The notes under the pieces are model-generated. The model was given only the letters and a program-made list of their open reading frames with translations, ran no database searches and had not been told where the DNA came from. 64,000 nt of DNA from a virus: positions 32,001 to 96,000 of the IMG/VR virus record IMGVR_UViG_3300026189_000003. The stretch is one strand, 5' to 3'. This document shows, in pieces, positions 48,274-58,798 of this stretch. Both the position numbers and the translations under genes were made by a program. Within the stretch, counting starts at the first letter, position 1. The number at the start of each line of letters is the position of its first letter.

Positions 48274-48938
48274 ACAGCATAATCATCTTTGATATTGTTA
48301 ACCTTATTATAAAATTCAGTAAAAACTCTTAACCATTTAGTCATATCTTTTATCATATCTTGAATATGATAATAACTGATTGGTAAAGTAAAAAAGCTAT
48401 GTCTTTTTTTAGTATCTTTGTATTTTTTTTCTATTGTTCTTAAACCATTTAAATCTTTTTCTATATCAATCATTAATCTTTTATAAAAATCATCACTTCT
48501 AAATCTATTGTATATAAATTGATGATTTTCATCTTCACTGATATATTTTATGTTAACTTCTTGTACATCAAAATATAACGCTCTTACAGGATTAATATTT
48601 GGTCTATATTTTTTTAATATACTTGGAAAATAGTAAGTAGATCCTTTTGTTAAAAAGTTTTCAATAACCGTAAAATATGAATCTTCTAAATCATACCTTA
48701 ATTGTAAATCTATTTCTGAATCATTTTTTGTTTGTCGTTGGTAAGCTAAAACTAATTTATTATAAAGTTTTTTAACTTCTGGTCTTTCAATACCGTCAAA
48801 AAACTCGTAAAACTTTTTCTTATTAACACCATTCTTGTGCATATATGATTTTAAAACAGGACTCATTTGATTTTTATTTAGATATATTTCTAAATCATTA
48901 ATAAGTCGCAAGTGTTTTATATGATAGATTTTGCTCAT
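48270..48938 (-). CDS. Hypothetical protein
   Basis: 222-aa ORF preceded by TAAATA-N5-ATG. Confidence 0.65.
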   Translation of the reverse strand: MSKIYHIKHLRLINDLEIYLNKNQMSPVLKSYMHKNGVNKKKFYEFFDGIERPEVKKLYNKLVLAYQRQTKNDSEIDLQLRYDLEDSYFTVIENFLTKGSTYYFPSILKKYRPNINPVRALYFDVQEVNIKYISEDENHQFIYNRFRSDDFYKRLMIDIEKDLNGLRTIEKKYKDTKKRHSFFTLPISYYHIQDMIKDMTKWLRVFTEFYNKVNNIKDDYAV

Positions 48939-48963
48939 ACATATATTTACTTTTGTCTTTGAC

Positions 48964-49383
48964 TCATTTCAAGTTAACTAAATCTTTTAGCTTCTTGATG
49001 TTTTTCTTATTGCTTAAAGTAATTTTAGCGCCGTTGTGTAGGGGTTTAGGAAACTGTCCTATGTCTACCCATGCATATCCTGAACTTTCGTGATTAAGTG
49101 TAGGTACAAACTCTTTTGGTGTAATTATAGCATACGTGTAATATGTAAAACTTTTATCTTTTGAATGATATGTATCTAATGGATTTAAAGTTTCTATAGG
49201 CGGAACAAATCCCATTTCTTCTTGTAGTTCTCTTCGTAAAGCATCCATTGGTTGTTCGTCTTTTTCAATCTTACCTCCCCAAAAAGACCATGTATATGGG
49301 TAACTAACTTTGCCACTTCTTAAATTTAAGAGCATTCTGTTAGTGCTTTTAACGACAAATGTGGTTCCTACTGCTTTATACAT
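48964..49383 (-). CDS. NUDIX hydrolase
   Basis: Nudix box GGKIEKDEQPMDALRRELQEEMG. Confidence 0.9.
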   Translation of the reverse strand: MYKAVGTTFVVKSTNRMLLNLRSGKVSYPYTWSFWGGKIEKDEQPMDALRRELQEEMGFVPPIETLNPLDTYHSKDKSFTYYTYAIITPKEFVPTLNHESSGYAWVDIGQFPKPLHNGAKITLSNKKNIKKLKDLVNLK

Positions 49384-49430
49384 ATTCACCTTATTATTTT
49401 TATTACTTGTTTATTATAGTAAATTTATGT

Positions 49431-50792
49431 CTATGGTGCAAGTTCTAATTTCCAAAAACCGTTTTTATATTGCCCTCTATGACTGTCTATCCACTCAGCA
49501 CCAGTCCATCTATATTGAGTACCTGTGTTAGTATTAGTCACATAGTGAGTTGAAGATTCTGCTGATGCATCAAAACTGATTGACCACGCACCACTAGTAT
49601 ATTGAATTATATCGTTAGCACCGGCTGAGAATGTACTACCGAATGTTTTATTACCTGCAAGTATTGGATTAATGATCAAATATCTTTGTCCGTTTTGTGC
49701 AGTTGGTAAACCGTTTCCTGGGTAAGATGTTTCAGGGTCGACAATTTTATCAACTGCCACCTGTGTATTTGTTGGTAGAGAATCTACATCTAATGTAAAC
49801 ACTAATTTATTTTTATCACTTGGATGATAAGCTATTGTTCCAAAAACGTCTAAACTAGCATCTTCTGGATCACTGCTTTGTCTTAAAATTAATTTACTAA
49901 TACCATCTTGCAACTCACCGTACTGTTCTAAAAATTCTTTCCATTGTTCATTATCGTTAACACCATATGCACCTAGTAATGCTACATTATTTCCAACAAC
50001 AGAAATCTGTGCATTTTCTGGTGTAATAATTTGTGTAGCAATTTGTCCTGGAAAGTTTTCAAAGAAATCAATAAATCTTGGATCATAATCTAAATCGTCA
50101 ATTGAATCTGTATTATTAACTCTCGCAACAATTTGTTTAATGATTGATTGTTTTTTAACTTTAGCAGGAGGATTTAACCATACAGGCAAACTAAATGTTA
50201 ATGTTGCAACATCAAGTTCACTTGTTGTTCCTTGCGGTACTGTTCTAGAAGTATAGTTAATATCAATTAATTCTACGTTAGTTATGTTAGTCCAATCTAA
50301 TGGATTATCGTTAGCTTGTAGTTCTACAGCAGGATTAAACAATACTAATATTTGTTCTAATATTTGTAATTTTTGATCAGTGTTTGAACACCATACATCG
50401 ACAGCCATGTTTAAGTTATAAGGAACAGGCATATGACGTTCTACAGTATACGTATTACCTATTTCAGCAATATAATTTTTTGATGACGTATCAAATTTTC
50501 TTTCATTAACTTGAACTTTGTCAATTGATCTTGGTTCTTGTAATCTATCTCTAGCAATTTGTAAATTAGTAATATAAGCACTCATAAAAGGTGCCGAGTT
50601 CATAACATTTTCTGAGTTATGTCTTAAAAGGTGTGCGACCATTCTTGACATATCAGCATAACGTATTGGAACTCTAATAAATGATTCACTATCGCTGTTA
50701 TCTTTTTTACCAGTTTGTACAGAAAAATTATCAAACAGTCTTATAAACTGTAAAATGTATCTTCTTATTTGTTGATCATACCAATATTGCAT
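49431..50792 (-). CDS. gp15: Tail terminator / sheath stabiliser (gp15-like) with C-terminal extension
   Basis: 'YDQQIRRY', 'VPIRY', 'PVPYNL', 'QILEQILVLFNP'. Confidence 0.85.
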   Translation of the reverse strand: MQYWYDQQIRRYILQFIRLFDNFSVQTGKKDNSDSESFIRVPIRYADMSRMVAHLLRHNSENVMNSAPFMSAYITNLQIARDRLQEPRSIDKVQVNERKFDTSSKNYIAEIGNTYTVERHMPVPYNLNMAVDVWCSNTDQKLQILEQILVLFNPAVELQANDNPLDWTNITNVELIDINYTSRTVPQGTTSELDVATLTFSLPVWLNPPAKVKKQSIIKQIVARVNNTDSIDDLDYDPRFIDFFENFPGQIATQIITPENAQISVVGNNVALLGAYGVNDNEQWKEFLEQYGELQDGISKLILRQSSDPEDASLDVFGTIAYHPSDKNKLVFTLDVDSLPTNTQVAVDKIVDPETSYPGNGLPTAQNGQRYLIINPILAGNKTFGSTFSAGANDIIQYTSGAWSISFDASAESSTHYVTNTNTGTQYRWTGAEWIDSHRGQYKNGFWKLELAP

Positions 50793-50794
50793 TT

Positions 50795-52045
50795 TTAATC
50801 CGCCTTAGGTTTTATTACTTTACTTAAGAATTGTCTTTCTTTGCCGTCTTCTGTAGCAGTTGATGGTGATGTATTATTGATAAAGCTATCAAGTTCTTTA
50901 GTTGAACTTACATAAGTTCCTCTCATGTTTTCAGAAATCTTAATAAATCTGTTACCTTCTTTTCTAAACAATCTACTAGGCGAATAATCAGTTCTTAACA
51001 CATACTGACCATCTTTGATAGATGATGGAAAACTGTTACCAGTGTGTGATATTGTAATACCTTTGCCTGCTGTACCATCTTGGTTTTTTAAATTTATCTT
51101 ATGTGTATCTACTTCGTTAGTATATAAATGACTAACGTCCATTCCTTTAGTAGGAACGTTACTTTGTGCTTCGTTAATTATTGCATCATTAATATCAATT
51201 TCAGATTGATATGTTGAAATAATATTTTTTAAATCGTCGGCATTTTCACCACTACCAACAATATCTCTAAATTCTTGTGTGTCTTGCATTGCAACAGCTC
51301 TACATCTCCAAATATGCGGCCACCAACCTGGATCATATCCATCAGCACCTTTGGCTGTATCTTCAACTACAAAAAACTTATTAATTTTTATATTTTCTTT
51401 TGGAGTAAAACTTGATACAGTTGCACTTGTTTCACTTTTATCTCCAGTGATAGTTTCGTTTTGTGCAAAGTCTCCACTTATAGGAGTGATCCTAATTGTT
51501 TTAGCTTCGTGATTATAATTGATAACAGTTGCTTGAGTACCACTAGTACCACCTGTTATAGTTTCACCTTTTCTAAATTTTTTTGTCGGTTTAGCTGACA
51601 ATGTAATACTTGCAGATTCTAATCTAGAATCATCTTCTAGATGAGGCATTTCAAACACATCACCTGGCATAATTTTTCTACCAACTCTGTCAATCATGTC
51701 GTTGGTATGAAATGTAATAAAAATAGTATCAGCAGTTTGAAACAAACCAAACTGTGTTAAATCAAAATCTTGATCAGCTACATTGTATACACCACGTAAA
51801 TCAAATACGTCTGAATCATACTTTCTATCTCTGTTTTCACCAAATAGTAAATCTTGTACATTTAAAACACTTGTTATAGAGTTAGTAGGCTGATCAGAAC
51901 TTGCACTGTTAGTATTAATATGCGGACCTATGTATTTGTGTAAAAATACGCCCGTACCTCCCACTAAGAAGTGTTCTTTAATTGTACGATCTGCAAACTT
52001 GTAGTCGTTACCTTTATTTGGTTTCCATAAACTTAATCTTGGCAT
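50795..52045 (-). CDS. gp14: Neck protein (gp14-like)
   Basis: 'QDLLFGENRDRKY', 'LTQFGL', 'GDVFEMPH'; located between gp13 and gp15. Confidence 0.75.
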   Translation of the reverse strand: MPRLSLWKPNKGNDYKFADRTIKEHFLVGGTGVFLHKYIGPHINTNSASSDQPTNSITSVLNVQDLLFGENRDRKYDSDVFDLRGVYNVADQDFDLTQFGLFQTADTIFITFHTNDMIDRVGRKIMPGDVFEMPHLEDDSRLESASITLSAKPTKKFRKGETITGGTSGTQATVINYNHEAKTIRITPISGDFAQNETITGDKSETSATVSSFTPKENIKINKFFVVEDTAKGADGYDPGWWPHIWRCRAVAMQDTQEFRDIVGSGENADDLKNIISTYQSEIDINDAIINEAQSNVPTKGMDVSHLYTNEVDTHKINLKNQDGTAGKGITISHTGNSFPSSIKDGQYVLRTDYSPSRLFRKEGNRFIKISENMRGTYVSSTKELDSFINNTSPSTATEDGKERQFLSKVIKPKAD

Positions 52046-52101
52046 AGTATTATCCTTACAAAGTATTTATTGAAGTAATAAAATTGGTAAATAATTATGT
52101 A

Positions 52102-52848
52102 ATGGCAAAAGAACAAAGCAAAAGACAAGAATTAATTGAAGATATTAAGACTATACTGGGCGACGGTATGGTAGATGTAGAGCTTGATCCAAAGCACTAC
52201 GAACAAGGTATTGATTTAGCTGTTGATAAGTTTAGACAAAAAAGCTCAAATAGTACTGAAGAAGCATACATATTTCTAGAATTTCAACCAGATGTAAACG
52301 AATATACACTATCAAGCGAAGTAATAGAAGTAAGAGATATATTCAGAAGATCAGTAGCAGGTTCTAATAGCAGTATTGATTTAGATCCTTTTGAACTAGC
52401 TTACACTAATTTGTACTTTTTACAAGGTGGTAGAATTGGTGGCTTATTAACATGGGATGCTTTTGCTCAATATCAAGAAGTTGTTAGAAGATTATTTGGA
52501 GGTCATATAAATTTTAAATATAATCCAAATAATAATAAACTAACAATTATGAGAAGACCAAGAGCAAATGAAAATGTTCTTATAAGATGTTACATGGAAA
52601 AACCTGTAGATACATTAATTACAGATAGATATAGCAGATCTTGGATTAGAGATTATTCATTAGCACAATGTAAAATGATGTTAGGTGAAGCAAGATCAAA
52701 ATTTGGAGCATTGCCAGGTGCTCAAGGATCGGTATCATTAAATGGTGACACTCTTAAAAATGAAGCCCAAGCATCAATAGAAAAACTTGAAAGAGATATT
52801 GAAACTTACGGCACTGGAGAAGATCCACTTACATTCGTTATTGGATAA
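52102..52848 (+). CDS. gp13: Neck protein (gp13-like)
   Basis: 'LG...VDVEL', 'WIRDYSLAQCK..LGEARSKF', 'LNG..LK.EA'. Confidence 0.85.
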   Translation: MAKEQSKRQELIEDIKTILGDGMVDVELDPKHYEQGIDLAVDKFRQKSSNSTEEAYIFLEFQPDVNEYTLSSEVIEVRDIFRRSVAGSNSSIDLDPFELAYTNLYFLQGGRIGGLLTWDAFAQYQEVVRRLFGGHINFKYNPNNNKLTIMRRPRANENVLIRCYMEKPVDTLITDRYSRSWIRDYSLAQCKMMLGEARSKFGALPGAQGSVSLNGDTLKNEAQASIEKLERDIETYGTGEDPLTFVIG

Positions 52849-52862
52849 ACTATAAAAATCAG

Positions 52863-52891
52863 TTGACATCTTTGTTTTTATCAAGTAATAT
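52863..52891 (+). promoter_or_regulatory. Sigma70-type promoter TTGACA-N17-TAATAT
   Basis: Direct match; ATG 6 nt downstream. Confidence 0.65.
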
Positions 52892-52897
52892 AAACAT

Positions 52898-53521
52898 ATG
52901 ATCATTGGACTTGTTGGATTTATCGGCTCTGGAAAAAACACGGTTGCAGAGTCATTTCAAAAAAAAGGTTACAAATTTGATAGCTTTGCGGCACCATTAA
53001 AAGACTGTGCTTCAAGTGTATTTGGCTGGCCTAGAGAAATGCTTGAAGGAGATTCAGATCAAAGTAGAAGTTTTAGAGAAGCACCAGACCAGTGGTGGAG
53101 TAATAAATTAGGTATAAAAGATTTTACTCCTCGTTTTGCATTACAATATCTAGGTACAGAAATATTTAGAGATAGCTTTAATGACAACATATGGTTATCT
53201 AGTTTAGAGGGTAGATACATGGGTAATGGGCGTAAAAAAACTATAGTGAGCGATTGTCGATTTAAGAATGAGATAGGTTTAATTAAAACTATGGGCGGAG
53301 CAGTTGTAAGAGTTTCGCGTGGTGCAGAGCCACATTGGTATGAAACAGCTATTCAAGCCGCCGAAGGAGATGCATTTTCTCAGCATACTTTAAGTGAAAT
53401 GGGTGTACATAAAAGCGAATGGGACTGGGTAAGTTCTAGGGTTGATTACACAATTTACAACGATAAAGACATTACACACTTAGATAACGAAGTAGACAAA
53501 ATTATAAAAGATTTATCTTAA
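52898..53521 (+). CDS. gp1: Deoxynucleoside monophosphate kinase (gp1-like)
   Basis: 'IIGLVGFIGSGKNT' P-loop, 'FAAPLKD', 'TPRFALQYLGTE', 'SDCRFKNE', 'HKSE'. Confidence 0.92.
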   Translation: MIIGLVGFIGSGKNTVAESFQKKGYKFDSFAAPLKDCASSVFGWPREMLEGDSDQSRSFREAPDQWWSNKLGIKDFTPRFALQYLGTEIFRDSFNDNIWLSSLEGRYMGNGRKKTIVSDCRFKNEIGLIKTMGGAVVRVSRGAEPHWYETAIQAAEGDAFSQHTLSEMGVHKSEWDWVSSRVDYTIYNDKDITHLDNEVDKIIKDLS

Positions 53522-53889
53522 ACATCGGGTTTTAAATCACCCTGCTTCCAGCCTACTTCCTCAACACTTTTTACTCTACTACAATTAGCACATATTGTTT
53601 TTAAATTATTCCAGCTAGAATTTTTTAAATTACCATCTACATGATAAACATCCATTTGTGCAGGGTGTTTAGCTTTAAACCCACACTTCTCACATATTGA
53701 CTTTCTTTTGTATCCGCTTTTTTCCCATGAGTGTTTTAAGCCTGTTCTTAAGCCTAAATCTTCTTTTATACACTGATCGCATTTACTACGATAGTATACT
53801 TTGCCTTTACGTCTATAGTTAAACGCACTAGGCCTTGTTTTACACTTGTGACAAAGCGGTCTAATATGCTTGGAAACTTGTACATTCAT
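53518..53889 (-). CDS. Zinc-binding HNH-like protein
   Basis: Four CxxC pairs; 'VYHVDGN..N....NL.TICANC'. Confidence 0.7.
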   Translation of the reverse strand: MNVQVSKHIRPLCHKCKTRPSAFNYRRKGKVYYRSKCDQCIKEDLGLRTGLKHSWEKSGYKRKSICEKCGFKAKHPAQMDVYHVDGNLKNSSWNNLKTICANCSRVKSVEEVGWKQGDLKPDV

Positions 53890-54012
53890 AAGTGTATTTA
53901 ACAGATTCGATACCTTTAAAGGTGAGTTGTATTCAGCTTTATTTGTGAAAAAACTATAAATATTAATATTAATTTAGGAAACATAATATATGTTTGAACA
54001 GGGAGATTTAAA

Positions 54013-57000
54013 ATGCCAACACTAACATCACCAGGTGTATCAGTAAGCGTCATTGATGAATCTATGTATGCCCCGGCCGGCCAAGGTACAGTACCTTTGG
54101 TTGTACTTGCAACTAAACAGGATAAAACAGATCCAAGTTCAAGTAACATAGCAGTAGGAACAACTGCCGCTAATGCCGGTAAGCCATATTTGATTACATC
54201 TCAACGTGAACTAGTTACAACCTTCGGCGAACCAGCTTTCCAATCGTTGTCAGGAACACAAATTCACGGCGATGAAAGAAATGAGTATGGTTTGCTATCA
54301 ACTTATTCTTATTTAGGAATTTCAAATAGAGCTTATGTTGTAAGAGCAAATATTGACTTAGACGAAGTCAAAGCTTCATCAACAGCTCCAGCACTAACAC
54401 CAGCAAACGGAACATACTGGTTAGACACTACCAACACAGACTTCGGTTTATTTCAAGCGAATACAACCGCAGGTGCATGGGAAAAACTAACACCAGCAGT
54501 ATTAATGGACAAACCGGGTGCAAATGGTGGTAACGTATCATCAGCTGGTACAGGTGCTAAACCAATATCAAGTTATGGTAACAACGGAGACTTTGCTATC
54601 GTAGGTTCAGCCACACCAATTAGAGCTTATCAAAAAATAGGCGGTGCGTGGTTAGTAATCGGCGGTGGTACTTGGAAAGGTGCTTCAGGTACAAACGGTG
54701 CTAACGTTTATATTAGACCAGGTACAGGAACACCACCAACAGTAGCCAAAACAGGTAACTTCAATGATATATGGTTAAAAACAACTTCAGCAGGACAAGG
54801 TGCTAACATCGTTGTTAAGAAATACAGTTCTTCAACAGGTGCATTTTCATCAGTCACAGCTAACGTCTACTCAAGAGATGATTCAGCTACTGCTTCTTTA
54901 GGATCAGGACTTGCAGAAAATGACGTCTATGTAAGATTTGACGATTGGTCAGATGAAACTATGGCGGCAGAAATAAAAGCAAACTTGATTTCTTCAGCAT
55001 CAACTTTAGCAACTACGGCCGTATCTAAAAGAGATATTCTAACAAACGCAGGTGCAACAGCATCTCCGGAGATAGAATTTAACTTAAGAGTTAGAGGCGC
55101 AGGTACTTCAACAGTCATAACTGGTACAACTTCACTACACAGTGGAATTAACTTAACTGGTTCTGAAACACACGCGGTATTTGAGCTTAACGGTCAAACA
55201 ATAACAGCAGTAGGTTCTGGCGCAGGCGGAACAGTATCACTAGCAAACGTTGTAACTGCAATTAATAATTCAGCTTCAACAACTGGTGGCGTATCAGCTG
55301 ATATTGATTATCAAAGTGCTACAAAACAATATCTAAGATTAACTAGAGCAGGTGGTTATGCAGTCTACATCCAAAAATCAGATGATGACAGTAACGTGGC
55401 GACTCAAGCATCAGAAGTAACAGCATTAGGATTTACTCCTAATCTTGCTGTAGCTTCAGCGGCACATAAAGCATACTACAAAACACTTTGGTCAGATCTA
55501 AGTTATGAAGCATCTAATTCAGCACCAACTAGTGATCCAGTTAATGGAACACTTTGGTACAAATCAACACAAGACGCTGATATCTTTATAGCAGTTAACG
55601 ATGGCGGAACAATGAAATGGCACGCCTACGCAAACTCAAAAGATAGATTCACAGCAGGTTCAGTTGTATCAGGTGGTTTAAAAGATTTACAAATTGTATC
55701 TTCAGAACCAACTACACAATCAGATGGAACTGCTTTAGAATCAGGCGATGTTTGGATTGATTCAAATGAGTTAGACTCATATCCAAAAGTTTACAAATAC
55801 AACACAGGAACAAGCAAATGGGTATTAATTGATAATACAGACCAAAGCTCTGCATCAGGAATAGTTTTTGCAGATGCAGTTGGTAATCCAGGCGGTACAG
55901 GTGAAGACGGTCAAGATTGGGGTTCAGCATACAGCAACTTCCATTCAGATGCACCAGATCCAGCTGTATATCCAGAAGGCATTTTGCTTTTCAATACAAG
56001 ACTATCAGGTTACAATGTTAAAAAATACGTAACAAACTACACTTTTGATAGTACAAACAACGGAAATGTTTGGGTAACTGAATCAGGTAATAGAGTAGAT
56101 GGCACACCATTTATGGGTAGAGCCGCTCAAAGAAGAGTTATTGTTACTGCAATGCAGGCCGCATTAGCAAACAATGATGATATCAGAGCAGAATCTAGAT
56201 TCTTTAACTTGATTGCCGCACCAGGATATCCAGAGTTGTTAGACGAAATGATTACATTAAGTACAGACAGAAAATTAACTGCTTTCGTACTTGGTGATAC
56301 TCCATTTAGACTAGCACCAGACGGAACTTCAGTACAAAACTGGGCAACTAATACAGATAAAGCCGCAACAAATGGTGAAGAAGGTTTAACTTCAGCATCA
56401 GCTTTTGCTGGTTTATATTATCCATCAGGTTTTACAACAAACTTAGATGGTAATAATGTAACTGTTCCACCAACGCATATTGCGATGAGAACAATTGCAT
56501 TTAATGATCAGGTTGCTTTTCCATGGTTCGCACCAGCAGGATACACAAGAGGTATAGTTGACAATTCAACTTCAGTAGGTTATATCACAACTGAAGGAGA
56601 GTTTCAACCAGTAACTTTATCAGAAGGTCAAAGAGATACGTTATACGCAAACAAGATTAACCCGATTGCGTTTATTCCAAATAGAGGTTTAACAGTGTTT
56701 GGTCAGAAAACATTATCACCAGTGTCATCAGCTCTGGATAGAATTAATGTTGCAAGACTAATAGTACACATGAGATATCAGTTAGACTTATTAGCGAAAC
56801 CGTTCTTGTTTGAACCAAATGATAGAGTAACAAGAGATCAAGTAACAGATACATTTAACAGATTCATGGAAGATTTAGTGACTAAGAGAGCACTATTTGA
56901 TTTCCTAGTAGTTTGTGATGAAACAAATAACACAGGTGCAAGAATTGATAGAAATGAATTGTACATTGATATTGCAATACAACCAGTAAAAGCAATTGAA

Positions 57001-57054
57001 TTTATATACATTCCACTTCGAATCAAAAACACAGGTGAGGATTTAACAAGTTAA
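54013..57054 (+). CDS. gp18: Tail sheath protein (gp18-like) with a large internal insertion
   Basis: 'SPGVSVSVIDES', 'PWFAPAG..RG', 'LYANKINPI', 'GQKT', 'DRINVARL', 'FEPND', 'PVKAIEFIYI'. Confidence 0.95.
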   Translation: MPTLTSPGVSVSVIDESMYAPAGQGTVPLVVLATKQDKTDPSSSNIAVGTTAANAGKPYLITSQRELVTTFGEPAFQSLSGTQIHGDERNEYGLLSTYSYLGISNRAYVVRANIDLDEVKASSTAPALTPANGTYWLDTTNTDFGLFQANTTAGAWEKLTPAVLMDKPGANGGNVSSAGTGAKPISSYGNNGDFAIVGSATPIRAYQKIGGAWLVIGGGTWKGASGTNGANVYIRPGTGTPPTVAKTGNFNDIWLKTTSAGQGANIVVKKYSSSTGAFSSVTANVYSRDDSATASLGSGLAENDVYVRFDDWSDETMAAEIKANLISSASTLATTAVSKRDILTNAGATASPEIEFNLRVRGAGTSTVITGTTSLHSGINLTGSETHAVFELNGQTITAVGSGAGGTVSLANVVTAINNSASTTGGVSADIDYQSATKQYLRLTRAGGYAVYIQKSDDDSNVATQASEVTALGFTPNLAVASAAHKAYYKTLWSDLSYEASNSAPTSDPVNGTLWYKSTQDADIFIAVNDGGTMKWHAYANSKDRFTAGSVVSGGLKDLQIVSSEPTTQSDGTALESGDVWIDSNELDSYPKVYKYNTGTSKWVLIDNTDQSSASGIVFADAVGNPGGTGEDGQDWGSAYSNFHSDAPDPAVYPEGILLFNTRLSGYNVKKYVTNYTFDSTNNGNVWVTESGNRVDGTPFMGRAAQRRVIVTAMQAALANNDDIRAESRFFNLIAAPGYPELLDEMITLSTDRKLTAFVLGDTPFRLAPDGTSVQNWATNTDKAATNGEEGLTSASAFAGLYYPSGFTTNLDGNNVTVPPTHIAMRTIAFNDQVAFPWFAPAGYTRGIVDNSTSVGYITTEGEFQPVTLSEGQRDTLYANKINPIAFIPNRGLTVFGQKTLSPVSSALDRINVARLIVHMRYQLDLLAKPFLFEPNDRVTRDQVTDTFNRFMEDLVTKRALFDFLVVCDETNNTGARIDRNELYIDIAIQPVKAIEFIYIPLRIKNTGEDLTS

Positions 57055-57065
57055 TTAAAGAATAG

Positions 57066-57093
57066 TTAAGGGGATAGGCAACTATCCCTTTAA
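57066..57093 (+). terminator. Stem-loop after the sheath gene (terminator or processing hairpin)
   Basis: TTAAGGGGATAG-GCAA-CTATCCCTTTAA. Confidence 0.6.
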
Positions 57094-57168
57094 TAACCCT
57101 TTAACAAATTTTTTACAATGGTAAGAAACAAATTAAAGAGTAAATACAGTAATAAGGAGCAGTAGACA

Positions 57169-57762
57169 ATGGCAACACTTTCAAAATTTGGTGTACCAAT
57201 CGACGGATCGACAGGTAGAGGTGGTATTTTACAACCTAAATTAAAATATAGATTTAGAGTAAGATTCACTAACTTTGGGAATCTAGGTGCTTCTCCACTG
57301 CAATTAACACAACAAGTTATGTCAGTAACGAGACCAAAAGTAAATCATGAGGAAGTACCAGTTCACTCGTACAACTCAATTTCATATATGCAAGGTAAAC
57401 ATACATGGGAAGCGATTAACATTACTTTAAGGGACGATATTAACAATAACATTTCTAAACTAGTTGGACAACAAGTTCAGAAACAAATGAACCACTTTGA
57501 ACAAACTTCAGCAGTAGCTGGATCTAATTACAAGTTTGGTACTAAAATAGAAATATTAGATGGTACTAATAACACAGAATTAGAGCAATGGGACGTAGAA
57601 GGTTGCTTCTTACAGAACGTTGATTATTCAGATGGTGACTATGCAGTGTCAGAACCAGTACAAGTTATTTTGACAATAAGATATGATAACGCAATACATC
57701 AAGCACCGGGTGATACAATTTTCCCTCTACTTTCAGTAGGTCTTGGTGGTACGAACGCATAA
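57169..57762 (+). CDS. gp19: Tail tube protein (gp19-like)
   Basis: 'QPKLKYRFRV', 'GKHTWE.I.ITLRDD', 'LTIRYDNA'; follows the sheath gene. Confidence 0.88.
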   Translation: MATLSKFGVPIDGSTGRGGILQPKLKYRFRVRFTNFGNLGASPLQLTQQVMSVTRPKVNHEEVPVHSYNSISYMQGKHTWEAINITLRDDINNNISKLVGQQVQKQMNHFEQTSAVAGSNYKFGTKIEILDGTNNTELEQWDVEGCFLQNVDYSDGDYAVSEPVQVILTIRYDNAIHQAPGDTIFPLLSVGLGGTNA

Positions 57763-57787
57763 TATTATTAGTCTATAAACTTGTTCG

Positions 57788-58798
57788 ATGAGTACAGTAT
57801 TAAAACCCGCAAACAGAGCCGCGAAACTTTATACAAGCGGCTCTGACTTTCAATCAGCACCCAGACAACAACATCAGTTTGTAGTAGTTTTCAACTTATA
57901 TCCTGATGTTATTGACAGCTTTCTGAGACCACAACAACAATTCTTAAAAAACTTTAGAGACAATTTACATTTTATTTGTCATACTGTTGATGCACCTAAT
58001 TTTAGTGTAGTACAAGATATTGTTAATCAGTACAATCGAAAAAGAGTTATTAATAGAAAAGTAGAATTTGATCCTATGACGTTAAGAATGTATGACACAC
58101 ATGACGGCTTGGGAATAAAATTTATAAAACTATTGTATGAATTTGAATTCAATTCAGCAAGGCTTTATAAGAAAAAAGGATCAGGTACAAGAGATGTTAA
58201 TGAAGACCACAACTACATTCAAAGTATCTATCAAACAGAAGAACAGTTTCAACGTACTCATAACTTTGGTTTAAGAGAGTTTGAAGCAGACAAACACAGA
58301 TTATTAAAAAGCATAGACTTCTATCAACTTGCAGGTAAAGTTTATACAAAGACAAGAGTAGTACATCCTAGATTGTCTAGAGTAGATATGGATAACTTTG
58401 ATTATAGCTCGAGTCAACCAGTTAATTTAGCAATGGCATTTACATATGAAAACTTATTATTTGAAGAAGTAAATGTAGAATTTGAAGAAGCTGAATATGA
58501 TTTAAAAGCCATGATGGATGAAACAGCAGACTTTGAAGATTTTGTTCCAGCTCCACCTTCAACAGAAAAATCTCCGGCTTTGACTAAAAAAGATGGACCA
58601 CCTCCGGGACATCCTGAATATAACAAAGGTGCAGGAGGAAAAGAACCAGCACTGGAAACTGCCAACGAAACACTTAACAATTTAAATGTACAAAAAGTTG
58701 TTGATGGAGTTGGTAATGTTAAAAATGAAGTAGCTGGAAAAGTCAGGAATACAGCCAAGTCAATTGGTAGTATGTTTAACTTTGGTGGAAAAGCCTAA
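57788..58798 (+). CDS. Second tail-tube-fold protein
   Basis: 'P.F......NQYNRKR', 'FDPMTL.MYD', 'DYSSS.P....FTYE'. Confidence 0.7.
   Translation: MSTVLKPANRAAKLYTSGSDFQSAPRQQHQFVVVFNLYPDVIDSFLRPQQQFLKNFRDNLHFICHTVDAPNFSVVQDIVNQYNRKRVINRKVEFDPMTLRMYDTHDGLGIKFIKLLYEFEFNSARLYKKKGSGTRDVNEDHNYIQSIYQTEEQFQRTHNFGLREFEADKHRLLKSIDFYQLAGKVYTKTRVVHPRLSRVDMDNFDYSSSQPVNLAMAFTYENLLFEEVNVEFEEAEYDLKAMMDETADFEDFVPAPPSTEKSPALTKKDGPPPGHPEYNKGAGGKEPALETANETLNNLNVQKVVDGVGNVKNEVAGKVRNTAKSIGSMFNFGGKA

Noticed and set aside
53518-53889. HNH protein as a mobile homing endonuclease or intron marker
   Set aside because: Free-standing with its own late promoter; neighbouring genes are intact
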